Source: Candidatus Latescibacterota bacterium (lineage in GTDB: Bacteria; Latescibacterota; UBA2968; SICM01). Taken from it: a stretch of 64,000 nucleotides of DNA. The stretch covers positions 1,632,001-1,696,000 of the forward strand of contig CBDCJO010000002.1 in NCBI GenBank assembly GCA_965217865.1, given 5' to 3'. Each line of letters starts with the position of its first letter. The first letter of the stretch is position 1. Below, piece after piece: positions 28,716 to 39,915 of this stretch. The position numbers were made by a program, and so were the translations under genes. The notes under the pieces were generated by a model. That model made no database searches. It was not told the DNA's origin and saw only the letters and a list, made by a program, of their open reading frames with translations.

Positions 28716-29195
28716 CGGGACAGAAGCAGAATAATATAGTGGTAGTAACCGCTCAGTTAAAGTGGTTCTTTCGGCGGTGCCAAGATGGGCCGCCGAACGG
28801 GACAGTGATGAGCGGTTAACGAGTTCAATGGCTCACGAACCCGCGTCTGACCCTTTCTTTGTCTCAGAATTACGCGCAGGACAAAATTCATCCCTCAGTT
28901 CCCGGTCCCTTTACCCTATTACGGGTTTCGCTTCGCCGCATCCAAAAAAAGATGTGCGGTTTTTGCGTAGAAGCATCGCGCGGGTAATGAATTCACGAAC
29001 TACGAATATAATGTCCCCCGCAGCCGGACTTTTTTCCCCAACCCATCTCCGTCCTTCGACTACGCAACGTTGACGCGCTGCTCCGCTCAGGATGTTTTCA
29101 TTATGGTTTATGATTCCCTTTACTAGCGGGGGGTCGCTTCGTCCAGACAAACCAAAAAATATATATGCTTTCCATTGAAGTTGTAAAGTAAGAAT

Positions 29196-30167
29196 CTACC
29201 CCCCGCCTTCCCCGAACATCATCAGTCCCGCCCCGATCGCTCCCGCGTCGTTTCCCAGTTGAGCCTTGACCATCCGTGTATGTTTCAACATGTGCGGGAT
29301 GGTGAGTTCCCCTACGGTCTGTTGAACGGGGTCGAACAGGACCGGACCGGCTTCGGAGATTCCCCCGCCGATGGCGATGACCTCCGGGCTGAGGAGGTGG
29401 ATGATATTGGTGACGGCGATTCCGAGGTGCTCCCCCGCGGTCGTGAGGACTTCACGGGCGAGGCCGTCACCCTCCCGGCCGGCACGGCAGATCATCTCGG
29501 GCGTGACGCTTCGGATCAGACCGTTCGCGAGTTCCGTGATTTTCGACAAACGACCCGCTTCGAGGGCGGCTCTTACGTCCCGGATCATCGCGGTTCCGGA
29601 CGAGAGGGCTTCCAGGCATCCCTTCCTTCCACATCTGCAGAGGGGGCCGTCCGGCCTGATCACGACGTGTCCGATCTCGCCCGCCGCGAAGGAGGCCCCG
29701 TGGTGGATCTTTCCACGAATCACGATGCCCCCTCCGATACCTGTTCCGAGGGTGATAAAGAAGAGGGAAGCTGCCCCGGCCCCGCTTCCGATGCGTGCTT
29801 CAGCCAGGGCCGCGACGCTGGCGTCGTTATCGACGGAAACCGGGACAGGAAGACGATCCTGGAGGATGGCACGGAGAGGGACGTCCTTCCAACCGAGGTT
29901 GGGGGCCAGACCGACGACTCCCTGATCGGGTGAAACAGCGGGTGCGCCGACCCCCACCCCAACCAGGTTCCTTACAGGAATCTCTCCTTGACCGGCCGTT
30001 GCCTCCACCGCATCAACGATTTCACGGACCACGGCCTGTACACCCTCTGACGAATCAGTAGGCGTGATATCCCTGGCTATGATATCTCCTTCTCGATCTA
30101 TCAAAGCGGTCTTGATGTTCGTGCCGCCCAGGTCGATGCCGATGGAACAGTCCGGATGATGAGACAT
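29196..30167 (-). CDS. ROK family sugar kinase (glucokinase-like)
   Basis: IDLGGT, DNDA, GTGIGGG, GEIGH, CRCGRKGCLE. Confidence 0.93.
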   Translation of the reverse strand: MSHHPDCSIGIDLGGTNIKTALIDREGDIIARDITPTDSSEGVQAVVREIVDAVEATAGQGEIPVRNLVGVGVGAPAVSPDQGVVGLAPNLGWKDVPLRAILQDRLPVPVSVDNDASVAALAEARIGSGAGAASLFFITLGTGIGGGIVIRGKIHHGASFAAGEIGHVVIRPDGPLCRCGRKGCLEALSSGTAMIRDVRAALEAGRLSKITELANGLIRSVTPEMICRAGREGDGLAREVLTTAGEHLGIAVTNIIHLLSPEVIAIGGGISEAGPVLFDPVQQTVGELTIPHMLKHTRMVKAQLGNDAGAIGAGLMMFGEGGG

Positions 30168-30325
30168 AAAGAAAGTTCCGTGAAGCGTATCTCCTATTGA
30201 TTTGGCTCTCTCCGCTTCACCTGTTGAGGGGTTGTTTGGGTTTGTATGATTTCATATATTCCCGTATCCATAATATAGGATAACCCCAATGGTTGACGTA
30301 CCCCTTTTTGAAGAAGGAGGTTGGG

Positions 30326-31099
30326 ATGAATCTCTTCTCTCTGGACGGACGGGTTGCCCTGGTGACGGGAGGCGGCAGGGGGATCGGCCGCGGCATCGCG
30401 GGGGGCCTGGCAGGTCACGGGGCAAAGGTCGCCTGTGCCGCACGCACACGTTCCCAGCTCGATGAGACGGTTGAAGCGATTCAGTCGGAAGGTGGAGACG
30501 CCTGGGCGGTTGAGATGGACCTGGAAGACCTGGAATCTGCAAAACAGGGGGTGGATGCTGTCCTGGAACACTATGGGAAGGTCGACATCCTGGTAAACAA
30601 CGCGGGGATGAATATCCGTGAACCGCTGGCAGATGTGAGCGAAGACAGTTACGACAGGATCATGAATGTGAATTTAAAGGGCCTTTATTTCCTTACGCAG
30701 ATCGTTGCAGGGAAGATGATCCCGAGGCGACAGGGTAAGATCATCAATATCGGTTCGCTGACAACAGGTATTTCCCTTCCGAGTGTCTCCGTTTATACGG
30801 CCACGAAGGGAGCGGTCGGACAGTTGACGAAGGCACAGGCCATCGAGCTGGGCCCTCACAACATCCAGGTAAACGGAATTTGTCCCGGGTTCGTTCTGAC
30901 CCCGCTGACGGAGAAGCTGTGGGCCAGGCCCGAGATGCGAAAATGGGGGGAAGGGAGGGTGGCGTTGAGGCGCCTTGCAACGCCGGAGGATATGGCGGGG
31001 ACAGCAGTTTTCCTGGCTTCGCCCGCATCCGATTATGTGACGGGTCAGTTGATCTATGCGGACGGGGGTTATATGGCGGGTGATTATTGGCCGATGTGA
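30326..31099 (+). CDS. Short-chain dehydrogenase/reductase (gluconate 5-dehydrogenase-like)
   Basis: TGGGRGIG, NNAG, YTATKG. ATG after AAGGAGG. Confidence 0.92.
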   Translation: MNLFSLDGRVALVTGGGRGIGRGIAGGLAGHGAKVACAARTRSQLDETVEAIQSEGGDAWAVEMDLEDLESAKQGVDAVLEHYGKVDILVNNAGMNIREPLADVSEDSYDRIMNVNLKGLYFLTQIVAGKMIPRRQGKIINIGSLTTGISLPSVSVYTATKGAVGQLTKAQAIELGPHNIQVNGICPGFVLTPLTEKLWARPEMRKWGEGRVALRRLATPEDMAGTAVFLASPASDYVTGQLIYADGGYMAGDYWPM

Positions 31100-31177
31100 G
31101 AAGCCCGGCCCTTCCTCCCCGCCCGGAATACAGAATATAGAATACAGAAGAAGATCGAAATCGAAAACCCTTTGTTC

Positions 31178-32929
31178 TCAATCCGCCTGTCCGATTTGCC
31201 AGGTCCGGGAGATGTCCTGGGCCCGAAACATGCCGGCGTAGATCCCGTTCTTTTCCATGAGTTGATCGTGTCCGCCGGTTTCGACGATCCGACCGTTCCC
31301 CAACACGATGATTCTGTCGGCGTTTCTGATGGTGGACAGGCGGTGGGCAATTACGAGGGAGGTGCGGTGACGGGCGAGGTTAGATACGGCTTCCTGGATG
31401 AGGGATTCCGTCCCCGCGTCCACGGAGGAGGTTGCCTCGTCCAGAATCAGTATGGGAGCGTCCTTGAGGAGCGCCCTGGCAATGGAAAGGCGCTGCTTCT
31501 CCCCTCCGGAGAGGCGGACACCCCGTTCGCCGACGAAGGTGTCGTACCCGGATGGGAGATCGAGGATGAATTCCTCGGCATTTGCGGCACGGGCTGCCTG
31601 GATGATCTCCGTTTCCCCGGCATCGGGTCGTCCAAACAGGATGTTGTCCCGGACGGTTCCGTGGAACAGGAAGACGTCCTGCAGGACCATCGCGATGTTC
31701 CGCCGTAGATCTGCAACGGGGAGCTTGCGTATATCGTGCCCTCCGATCAGAATGGCGCCTTTTTGAGGATCGTAGAACCGCGAAACCAGGTTGATTATGG
31801 TGGTTTTCCCGGAACCGGTGGAACCGACCAGGGCAACGATTTCTCCTTCCTCAACCCGGAAGTCGATGTCGTGAAGGACGGAGATTTCAGGGTCATAGCC
31901 GAACGTGACGTTCCGAAATTGGATGTCCCATTCAAGCCCATCGGGCATGGCCGCGTCAGGCGCATCCACGATGTCGGACTGGATCGAGAGGATCTCGAAG
32001 ACCCGGTTGGCGCTGGCGGCGGCCTTTTGAAGGTTGTCATTTATGGAAGCGAGCTGAAGGAAGGGCCGATAGATATATCCCAGATAAACGATGAACACAA
32101 ACAGGTCCGCCACCGAGATGGTCCCTCCCAGGGCCATCGACCCACCGTACCAGATAACCAGGACGATTCCGAGACCCCCACCGGCCTCAATGATGGCCAT
32201 TGGCAGGAGCGAGACGGTGTTGGCCTGGTTCATAACGTCCCGGAACTGCCCGCTGCGCGTTTCGATCTGTTTCGCACTGTGACGTTCCTGGACGAAGGAT
32301 TTGATGATCGTCACGCCCGAGAGGTTGTCCTGCACCTGCGCGGCCAACTCCGATAGCTTTTCCCTGACCGAGCCCCAGGTCCTGCGCACCCCGGAGACAA
32401 ACCTATATACCAGATAAGCGGTGATCGGAATCGGGATGAGGGTGATCAGGGCGAGCTTGGGGTTTATAAAGAAAAGGACAACGATCATCGAGGTCGGGAT
32501 GACCAGGGCTAGGAGGGTTTCGGGGATCCCGTGCGCGACGAAATCCTCGACGGCCTCGACGTCGTTGATGGAACGTGAGATGAGGGCGCCGGTCCGTTGA
32601 TTGTTGAAGAAGCGGTGCGGAAGGCCCTGGAGGTGGCGATAGACCCGGGTCATCAGATCGTGAAGGACCTGGTACGCGGCCACGTGGGAGAATCGTCCGT
32701 ACCAGTATCGGGCCGCACCCCGGAACAGGTAGAGTCCAAACAGGAGGACGCTGACTGTGAGGAGTTCGTAGGTGGTCCCCCCCCCTTCTGTTAGCCATTT
32801 GATGAGTTTCCGGATCAGGAGGGGAGGAAGCAGGTTGGTCGCAGCAAACAGAAGGCCGCAGCCGACAGATAGGGCTATCAGGTGGCGGCTGCCTTTCAAG
32901 AGGTTGTAGATTTGAGTCAGGAAAGCCAT
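31178..32929 (-). CDS. ABC exporter, fused permease/ATP-binding
   Basis: TM domain plus GSTGSGKT, LSGGEKQR, ILDEATS, IAHRLST. Confidence 0.95.
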   Translation of the reverse strand: MAFLTQIYNLLKGSRHLIALSVGCGLLFAATNLLPPLLIRKLIKWLTEGGGTTYELLTVSVLLFGLYLFRGAARYWYGRFSHVAAYQVLHDLMTRVYRHLQGLPHRFFNNQRTGALISRSINDVEAVEDFVAHGIPETLLALVIPTSMIVVLFFINPKLALITLIPIPITAYLVYRFVSGVRRTWGSVREKLSELAAQVQDNLSGVTIIKSFVQERHSAKQIETRSGQFRDVMNQANTVSLLPMAIIEAGGGLGIVLVIWYGGSMALGGTISVADLFVFIVYLGYIYRPFLQLASINDNLQKAAASANRVFEILSIQSDIVDAPDAAMPDGLEWDIQFRNVTFGYDPEISVLHDIDFRVEEGEIVALVGSTGSGKTTIINLVSRFYDPQKGAILIGGHDIRKLPVADLRRNIAMVLQDVFLFHGTVRDNILFGRPDAGETEIIQAARAANAEEFILDLPSGYDTFVGERGVRLSGGEKQRLSIARALLKDAPILILDEATSSVDAGTESLIQEAVSNLARHRTSLVIAHRLSTIRNADRIIVLGNGRIVETGGHDQLMEKNGIYAGMFRAQDISRTWQIGQAD

Positions 32930-33086
32930 TGGAAATGGAAAATGGAAAAGTCAGGGGTCGGAGGTCAGGGGTCGGGGATAAAAGCGTTGATTCCCCATTC
33001 AGAAATCAGACTGCGATGGATTTTCGTCGTTTCATTGCCGATATCTTTCAATAACCGTTTCATCCACCTCTGTTGGCGCGAAAAAA

Positions 33087-33206
33087 GAGATTCCCTTCGA
33101 CTCCGTGGCCAAAGAACGGCCACTCCGCTCAGGACAAGCTTCGCCGGAGTTTATCCTGAACGTAGTGAAGGGGATCAGAATGACATTTTTGATTTGAACT
33201 GTCTCA
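33087..33206. repeat. Palindromic repeat (GTCATYCTGA...GAAGGATCT family)
   Basis: About 33139-33206 is an imperfect inverted copy of 41198-41273. Confidence 0.7.
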
Positions 33207-33220
33207 AAGACGAATAGAAA

Positions 33221-34765
33221 TTGATAAACCTAGATTCTCTCAATTTGATCCGGAATAGGATCAAAGTCAACTTTAATTCGCAAATAAGAGTGTCTCCGAT
33301 CAAGGAAAAAGGAACAAAACGTTCAAGCAGGGGTAGGGGAAAGGCGGGCAAGGGAACGGGGGACCTTCTGGAGAAGGTTCGGTCTTACGTCACCAAGTAC
33401 CGGATGTTCGATCCCGGTGATATGATCGTCGTGGCGGTATCCGGGGGACCCGATTCTGTGTGCCTGTTGGATCTGTTATCCCGCCTTCGGAAGGTCTTTG
33501 GGTTTCGGCTGTGTGTGGCCCACCTCAACCACGAACTACGGGGAAGGGCTTCGGATGGAGATGCCCGGTTCGTATGCCGATTGGCGGGCAAGATGGACCT
33601 CCCCTTCCATTCCGGGCGTTGCGATGCCGAAACCCTGGCCAAGGCAGAGGGTCGTTCCGTGGAGGATGCATCCCGGCAAGCCCGTCTCCGTTTTCTGGAG
33701 GAGGTAAGGACCCGGGTGGGAGCCGCCCGCGTCGCGCTCGGACACACCCGTGGTGATCAGGCGGAGACGGTACTGCTCCGCCTCCTTCGAGGGAGCGGAC
33801 GGGGCGGGTTGGGTGCGATGCGCCCCGTGCGTGATGGGGTGTGGGTAAGACCCTTGCTCGAGGTCAGCCGGGAGGAGGTCTTGAGCTACCTGAATCTCAG
33901 GCAACTTCGATTTCGACGGGATGCCTCAAACCGGGATACCCGTTTTACCCGCAACCGAATCCGACTGGACCTGATTCCCAAGCTCCGGAGTGACTATAAT
34001 CCCGAGATCGAAGGCATTCTCGCCCGCACGGCTCTTCTCCTGGGAGAGGAGGAGGCATGGCTTGAGGAGGTCGTTCAAAGGGCATTTTCCCGCGCAAAAC
34101 GCCACGCGGCGCCAGGAAAGATAGTCCTTGATATTAAACGGGTTTTGGGTTATCATATTATTTTACAACGTCGAATCATTCGAAAGGCCCTGTTTGATTT
34201 GGGGTCTCCGGGTGACGGGCTGGCATTTGAGGCTGTCGAGCGGGTTGTGAACGCCCTGAATCGAACGTCTTTTGGCATCCGGTCATCCGAGCAGATCGGG
34301 ATTTTTCGAACGTCCGATGCCCTTATCTTTTCTCGGCCGCTCTCGCCCTTCGAGATTCCGGTGCGGATACCGGGCCGGACCCTGATTCCTCCTCTGGGCA
34401 TCACCCTATTCGCCCGCATCCATTCTGCATCAGGGATCCGGGCGTTTATTCGCTCCGCTAGTTCCGATGAGGCGTATCTGGATTTGAGCTCCGTCGAGCC
34501 GGGGGTGATTCTTCGTAACCAGCGGAGGGAAGATCGGGTCAGGCCCCTGGGGATGAGGGGGACCAAACGGGTGAACGATCTACTGGCGGACGCCAAGGTC
34601 CACCGTTCCCTTCGGGACAGCGTACCGATCCTGACCAGCGGCGGGGACATCATCTGGGTCGTGGGACATCGCCTTTCGCACGCCGCCCGTGTGACCGTCA
34701 GGACGCAGCGGGTCGTTCACTTTCGGGTGAAGCCTTCGCGGAAAAGTCGAACCCGGGATTCATGA
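33221..34765 (+). CDS. tilS: tRNA(Ile)-lysidine synthetase (start uncertain)
   Basis: AVSGGPDS, HLNHELRG, GHTRGDQAET, RPLL, DASN..RNRIR, TilS C-terminal domain. Confidence 0.95.
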   Translation: MINLDSLNLIRNRIKVNFNSQIRVSPIKEKGTKRSSRGRGKAGKGTGDLLEKVRSYVTKYRMFDPGDMIVVAVSGGPDSVCLLDLLSRLRKVFGFRLCVAHLNHELRGRASDGDARFVCRLAGKMDLPFHSGRCDAETLAKAEGRSVEDASRQARLRFLEEVRTRVGAARVALGHTRGDQAETVLLRLLRGSGRGGLGAMRPVRDGVWVRPLLEVSREEVLSYLNLRQLRFRRDASNRDTRFTRNRIRLDLIPKLRSDYNPEIEGILARTALLLGEEEAWLEEVVQRAFSRAKRHAAPGKIVLDIKRVLGYHIILQRRIIRKALFDLGSPGDGLAFEAVERVVNALNRTSFGIRSSEQIGIFRTSDALIFSRPLSPFEIPVRIPGRTLIPPLGITLFARIHSASGIRAFIRSASSDEAYLDLSSVEPGVILRNQRREDRVRPLGMRGTKRVNDLLADAKVHRSLRDSVPILTSGGDIIWVVGHRLSHAARVTVRTQRVVHFRVKPSRKSRTRDS

Positions 34766-34790
34766 TCGATAATCAAGGAAAACCTTATTT

Positions 34791-37022
34791 ATGAGTGATC
34801 CAGGCCCGGATAAGTCGGGATTTAAGAAATCGAAAGAGGAGAAGCGGGGTCGACCGTCGTCTCGACAGACTCCCACCGGTCGAGACAAAGACAAGGGTCC
34901 GATCGAATCGGACGGCAATCCACCGGGACGGGGTAAGCGGAAGGGTGGCGGAATCCCTCGCGGATTTCAATGGCGGCGCGCATCCAAGACGCTCGCCCTC
35001 TGGGTCTTTTTCATCCTCGTCGTGATCTTTCTTGCCAAGTTCTTCGGCAGCAACATCCCTTCGGATACGGCCATCATCAGTTACAAGTCCTATACCCAAC
35101 TCCTGAAGGACCGTAAGATCAGGAACGCAGAGATCGTGGAGACGGTGTTCCACGGGAGGTTGGTCGAGCCGGAGATTCTGGAAGACGAGACAGGGAGCGT
35201 CAAAGCCTTTGAGAAATTTATTGTCAACCTCGGGATTATCGACGCCCAGACCCGTGGTGATTGGGAAAAATACGGGGTAGACTTCAAATTCAAAACCAAA
35301 CCCTATAACTGGGTCAGCTTCCTGTTCAACCTGCTTCCCTGGATTCTGTTTATGGTTCTCTGGTTGTTCATCCTGCGTCAGATGCAAGGGGGGCCTAAAG
35401 GGGCTTTCACGTTCGGCAAGAGCAAGGCAAAGCTGATATCCGAAGATAAGCCCAAGGTGACGTTTAAGGATGTCGCAGGTGTGGAAGAGGCCAAACAGGA
35501 ACTTCAGGAAATCATCGAGATCTTGAAGGAGCCCGGGAAGTTTCAGAAGCTGGGGGGCCGAATTCCGAAAGGGGTCCTTCTTGTGGGGCCTCCCGGAACC
35601 GGAAAGACATACATCGCCAAGGCCGTGGCCGGTGAGGCCGAGGTGCCCTTTTTCAGCATGAGTGGCTCCGACTTCGTGGAGATGTTCGTCGGGGTGGGGG
35701 CCTCCCGGGTCAGGGATCTGTTCGAACAGGGAAAAAACCACGCCCCCTGTATCATTTTCATCGATGAGATCGACGCGGTAGGGAGGCACCGGGGAGCCGG
35801 GATCGGGGGTGGACACGATGAACGGGAGCAGACGCTCAACCAGCTCCTCGTCGAGATGGACGGGTTTGAATCCAATGAAGGGGTGATCTTGATTGCGGCC
35901 ACGAACCGACCGGACGTCCTTGACCCCGCCCTGCTTCGTCCAGGCCGATTTGATCGGCAGGTGGTTGTAGATCGGCCGGACATCAAGGGGCGGGAAGGAG
36001 TCCTGAGCGTCCATACCCGAAATATCCCATTGGCCAAGGGGGCCAATCTGAAGGTCCTCGCGCGCGCCACCCCGGGCCTGTCTCAGGCCGACTTGGCAAA
36101 CCTGGTTAATGAGGCCGCCTTGCTGGCCGCCCGGTTTAATCGAAACCGGGTAACGATGGGGGATATGGAGGCCGCCAAGGACAAGGTGATGATGGGGACG
36201 GAACGCAGGAGCCTGATCATCCCGGATGAGGAAAAGCGGCTGGTGGCCTACCATGAGATCGGGCATGCCCTGGTCTCCAAGCTCATCCCGGGCAGCGATC
36301 CGATCCACAAGGCGACGATCATTCCGATCGGAAGGGCTCTAGGCGTCACGCATTTTCTGCCCCAGGACGAGCGCCATGTTCATCCAAAGAGCTACTGGTA
36401 CGACCGCATCACTATGATGTTGGGGGGTCGCACGGCTGAAAATATCGTTTATGGAGAGACCGCGAACGGGGCTGCAGACGATTATGAAAAGGCCACTCAG
36501 ATCGCCCGGAGTATGGTATGTGAATGGGGGATGAGCGAGCGACTCGGTCCGATGACTTATGGAAAAAAAGAGGAAGAGATCTTTTTGGGCAGGGAGATCG
36601 CTAAACACAGAGACTACAGTGAGAAAACCGCACAGGTTATCGACGAAGAGATCGCGTTGATCGTCAGCGGTGCCGAGAAACGTGCAGACGATCTTCTTCG
36701 GTCCAATGAGGACAAGCTCCACACGCTGGTCGAAGCCCTTCTGGAATTTGAGGTCCTGGACGGGTCCCAGATGGACAGGGTCCTTGCCGGGGAGGTCCTC
36801 AAACGTCCGGGCAACAAGAAGGCCCGGTGGAACAGCCAGGAGGGGAACGGACGGAGCGGCAGGATAAGGAGGGGAGGCGAAGGTAAAGGGAGGCGAAGGG
36901 TTGAACCGGAGGCAGCGGATAATCTTCCGAAACCTGAAGCGTCTGAAAGCAGTGAAACCGCAAACGACAAACGGCAAACGGGAGATGGGGAAGAGCAGGG
37001 GCCAGGGGCAAGAGGAAATTGA
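34791..37022 (+). CDS. ftsH: ATP-dependent zinc metalloprotease FtsH
   Basis: Two TM helices, [26 protein letters not shown]. Confidence 0.97.
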   Translation: MSDPGPDKSGFKKSKEEKRGRPSSRQTPTGRDKDKGPIESDGNPPGRGKRKGGGIPRGFQWRRASKTLALWVFFILVVIFLAKFFGSNIPSDTAIISYKSYTQLLKDRKIRNAEIVETVFHGRLVEPEILEDETGSVKAFEKFIVNLGIIDAQTRGDWEKYGVDFKFKTKPYNWVSFLFNLLPWILFMVLWLFILRQMQGGPKGAFTFGKSKAKLISEDKPKVTFKDVAGVEEAKQELQEIIEILKEPGKFQKLGGRIPKGVLLVGPPGTGKTYIAKAVAGEAEVPFFSMSGSDFVEMFVGVGASRVRDLFEQGKNHAPCIIFIDEIDAVGRHRGAGIGGGHDEREQTLNQLLVEMDGFESNEGVILIAATNRPDVLDPALLRPGRFDRQVVVDRPDIKGREGVLSVHTRNIPLAKGANLKVLARATPGLSQADLANLVNEAALLAARFNRNRVTMGDMEAAKDKVMMGTERRSLIIPDEEKRLVAYHEIGHALVSKLIPGSDPIHKATIIPIGRALGVTHFLPQDERHVHPKSYWYDRITMMLGGRTAENIVYGETANGAADDYEKATQIARSMVCEWGMSERLGPMTYGKKEEEIFLGREIAKHRDYSEKTAQVIDEEIALIVSGAEKRADDLLRSNEDKLHTLVEALLEFEVLDGSQMDRVLAGEVLKRPGNKKARWNSQEGNGRSGRIRRGGEGKGRRRVEPEAADNLPKPEASESSETANDKRQTGDGEEQGPGARGN

Positions 37023-37341
37023 AGATTGAAGATTGAAGATTGGGGGACCCCTGGCAATGGCAGAAGTCGGAGGTCAGAGGCTGGGGAAGGAAATTACAAA
37101 TCAAGGGTTTCATGATCACCCAGGCAAAGAAGGGCACGGGCACCGTGTCCTTCTTTTTTAATTCCGGTCGGAGAAGCCCGGGGTTCGTGGATCGAAAGGC
37201 CGTGGATCGTGGTTCGTGACTCGAAAAATCCGGGGATCGTGATTCGTGGATCGGGGTTCGGAAAAGCCACTAATCTGAATCCATTCAAAAACCTTTGACT
37301 ATTCCTCAAAAATTCGCATCGATTCTGAACGAATCACGACC

Positions 37342-38244
37342 ATGAACTCTCGTTCTCCAAGGGACTTGCATTGCGGGCGTAAAACCCTGAGGATCGGTGA
37401 GCGGACGCTGATCATGGGTATTCTGAACGTCACTCCGGATTCTTTCTTCGACGGAGGGATTTACCTTGACGGTGAAGCCGCTTATGCCCGGGCACAGACT
37501 ATGATCGATGAAGGGGTTGACCTGATCGACATCGGTGGGGAATCGACACGCCCGGCCGGCGCGTACGGCGCGGGATCCGAACAGGTCTCGGAAGCGGAGG
37601 AGATCAGACGCGTTGTCAGTGTCATAGAACGCGCTGCGAAAGACTCCCCCGTCCCGATCTCCGTGGACACCACGAAGGCCGAGGTTGCACGGCGGGCACT
37701 GGATGCAGGAGCGGAGATCGTAAACGACGTGAGTGCCCTTTCGTTCGACCCCGGGATGGCGGACTTGGTGGCGGATCGAGGTATCCCGGTGGTGCTGATG
37801 CACATGAAAGGAACACCAAGTACGATGCAACTGAATCCCACTTATGAGGATGTCGTCGGAGAGATATTGGCGTTCCTCCGCGAGCGTCAGGCCTTTGCAA
37901 GGCAGTCAGGGATCGGTCCGGATAAAATTCTGATCGATCCGGGACTTGGATTTGGAAAACGGATCCGGGATAATCTGGAGATCATCTCGCGCCTTGAAGA
38001 ATTCCGATCCCTCAAAGTTCCTTTGCTGATCGGTCCCTCCCGGAAGACTTTCCTGGGCGCCCCGGAAGTCCTGGCTGAGGAACAGTCCCTTCCCCCCGAG
38101 GAGCGATTAGAGGGGACCCTCGCTTCCCTGGCGCTCTGCATCGCAAATGGTGCCGACATCGTCAGGGTCCACGACGTCAAGGCGGCCGTGCGGGCCTGTC
38201 GAGTGGCGGATGCGATTGTAAAAGTTCCAGGTTCAAGTAAATGA
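37342..38244 (+). CDS. folP: Dihydropteroate synthase
   Basis: GILNVTPDSF, IGGESTRP, DPGLGFGK, SRK, RVHDV. Confidence 0.96.
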   Translation: MNSRSPRDLHCGRKTLRIGERTLIMGILNVTPDSFFDGGIYLDGEAAYARAQTMIDEGVDLIDIGGESTRPAGAYGAGSEQVSEAEEIRRVVSVIERAAKDSPVPISVDTTKAEVARRALDAGAEIVNDVSALSFDPGMADLVADRGIPVVLMHMKGTPSTMQLNPTYEDVVGEILAFLRERQAFARQSGIGPDKILIDPGLGFGKRIRDNLEIISRLEEFRSLKVPLLIGPSRKTFLGAPEVLAEEQSLPPEERLEGTLASLALCIANGADIVRVHDVKAAVRACRVADAIVKVPGSSK

Positions 38245-38406
38245 GTAAGTCGTTAATTGGTGAGGGGTGAGTGGAAGCGAAATGGTTCTCATTTAATACC
38301 CACCGATGCCAAGTTCCAAGATCCCGGTTATGATCTCGAAAAGCAGCCTCCCTCAATGCTCTGCGTGGATTCCAGTCCGTTCTTCTCCTAGAAATAATAA
38401 ATATTC

Positions 38407-38435
38407 TTGACAAATCGCCATAACACCCCTATATT
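38407..38435 (+). promoter_or_regulatory. Sigma70 promoter of the arg operon
   Basis: TTGACA-17 bp-TATATT. Confidence 0.8.
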
Positions 38436-38473
38436 AGGCATAATTATTCAATTATACTGCATAATTATGCAAA
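38435..38473 (+). promoter_or_regulatory. Tandem ARG boxes (ArgR operator)
   Basis: TAGGCATAATTATTCAAT-3 bp-ACTGCATAATTATGCAAA, the classic 18-3-18 geometry, just downstream of the -10. Confidence 0.85.
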
Positions 38474-38485
38474 TGGTGTGGTAGA

Positions 38486-38956
38486 ATGAAGGACAAACGG
38501 CTTCGCCAGACTGAAATCCTCGATCTGATCGCCGGCCAGCCCGTGCGCACACAGCAGGAACTGGCTGAGCTTCTCCGGAAACGGGGGATCCGGGCGACCC
38601 AATCCACGCTATCCAAGGACATCAAGGACCTTGGTCTGATCAAGGTTCCGGTCGGGGGAAACGGCGTTCGATACTGCGCGCCGGTCCATGGCTCGATACC
38701 TCACACGGAAGCCGTCATACGTCGGGAACTGATGGATTTCGTGATTGATTTCGAAACCGCGGGGAACCTGCTTGTCATCAAAACGACTGCGGGGAACGCC
38801 TCGGGGGTTTGTGCCGCAATCGATGGGATCAACTGGCCGGAAGCGGTCGGCACGGTTGCCGGGGACGATACGATTTTCGTCGCCTGCAAGGTCGCCGAAC
38901 ATGCTCGGGTCCTCCAGGGACGAATGAATGATATTGTCCGGGGACATAAGGCTTGA
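38486..38956 (+). CDS. argR: Arginine repressor
   Basis: TQQEL, TQSTLSKD, GTVAGDDTIF. Confidence 0.95.
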   Translation: MKDKRLRQTEILDLIAGQPVRTQQELAELLRKRGIRATQSTLSKDIKDLGLIKVPVGGNGVRYCAPVHGSIPHTEAVIRRELMDFVIDFETAGNLLVIKTTAGNASGVCAAIDGINWPEAVGTVAGDDTIFVACKVAEHARVLQGRMNDIVRGHKA

Positions 38957-38958
38957 CC

Positions 38959-39909
38959 ATGAGTCCTATTAAGGTTGGAATTTTCGGCGATACCGGAATG
39001 GTGGGACAGGAGATTGAGAGGGTACTGGACCATCATGACCTGGTACAGATCGGCTTCAGAAAAAACTCTGTGCGAGAAACGGGGGACCTGGAGGCATGCA
39101 AGATGGTTTTTCTGGCCACAAAGGACCCTGAATCCATGGCATTCGCACCCGCGTTGCTGGCCTCCGGGAAGAAGATCGTCGATATGAGCGGGGCCTTCAG
39201 GTTGACCAGGGAAAAATTCGAACGGTGGTACTCCATGGAACACACGGCACCGGATTGCCTGAATGAGGCGGTTTATGGATTGCCGGCCTATTTCAAGGAC
39301 CGGATCGCTAGAGCCAGGCTGGTCGCCAATCCCGGTTGTTATCCGACCAGTGTCAATCTGGCATTGCGACCTTTAAAGGGGCTTGTTCAGGGTCAGGCCA
39401 CGGTCGTGTCAACCTCGGGAAATTCGGGGGCGCGAAGAGAAGTGGAGGCAAGACCGAACGAGATCACATATGGCTATGGAACCCAACACAAACACGTGCC
39501 CGAGATGGAGGAATACTCAGGATTTCCAGTAAGTTTCACGCCAGTTGTCTTGAGGTCCGTTTTTCGAGGGATCAACACCAACATTCGGATCGAACTGTCA
39601 GAGGAATTAAAATCGGTTTCAGCAGAAGAGGCGTGTAAGAACCTGAGCAGCCAGATCGAAGGCAGTTATGAACCGGATGACCTCGTGATGGTTGTTAAAG
39701 ACACCGGGCAAAAAGAATGGGGAACGGGAGATGTGACGGAGACGCACAAGGCCCTGATTAAGGTATGGGTGGACGATGGGTCCGCGTACCTCTGCTCCAT
39801 GATCGATAACCTGGGAAAGGGGGCCGCAAGCCAGGCGGTTGAGAATATGAATATCGTTCAGGGGTTTCCCAGGTTATACGGCATCGACGCTGTTTACAGC
39901 ACGAATTGA
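38959..39909 (+). CDS. argC: N-acetyl-gamma-glutamyl-phosphate reductase
   Basis: GDTGMVG, DMSGAFR, YGLP, ANPGCYPT, HKHVPE, DNLGKGAA. Confidence 0.93.
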   Translation: MSPIKVGIFGDTGMVGQEIERVLDHHDLVQIGFRKNSVRETGDLEACKMVFLATKDPESMAFAPALLASGKKIVDMSGAFRLTREKFERWYSMEHTAPDCLNEAVYGLPAYFKDRIARARLVANPGCYPTSVNLALRPLKGLVQGQATVVSTSGNSGARREVEARPNEITYGYGTQHKHVPEMEEYSGFPVSFTPVVLRSVFRGINTNIRIELSEELKSVSAEEACKNLSSQIEGSYEPDDLVMVVKDTGQKEWGTGDVTETHKALIKVWVDDGSAYLCSMIDNLGKGAASQAVENMNIVQGFPRLYGIDAVYSTN

Positions 39910-39915
39910 GTCGTG

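Noticed and set aside
34785-36308. 507-aa antisense ORF, and similar long shadows at 47128-48054, 51022-52287 and 10190-10987
   Set aside because: They lie opposite conserved genes (ftsH, groEL, helicase, mqnD); typical GC-rich shadow ORFs without motifs.
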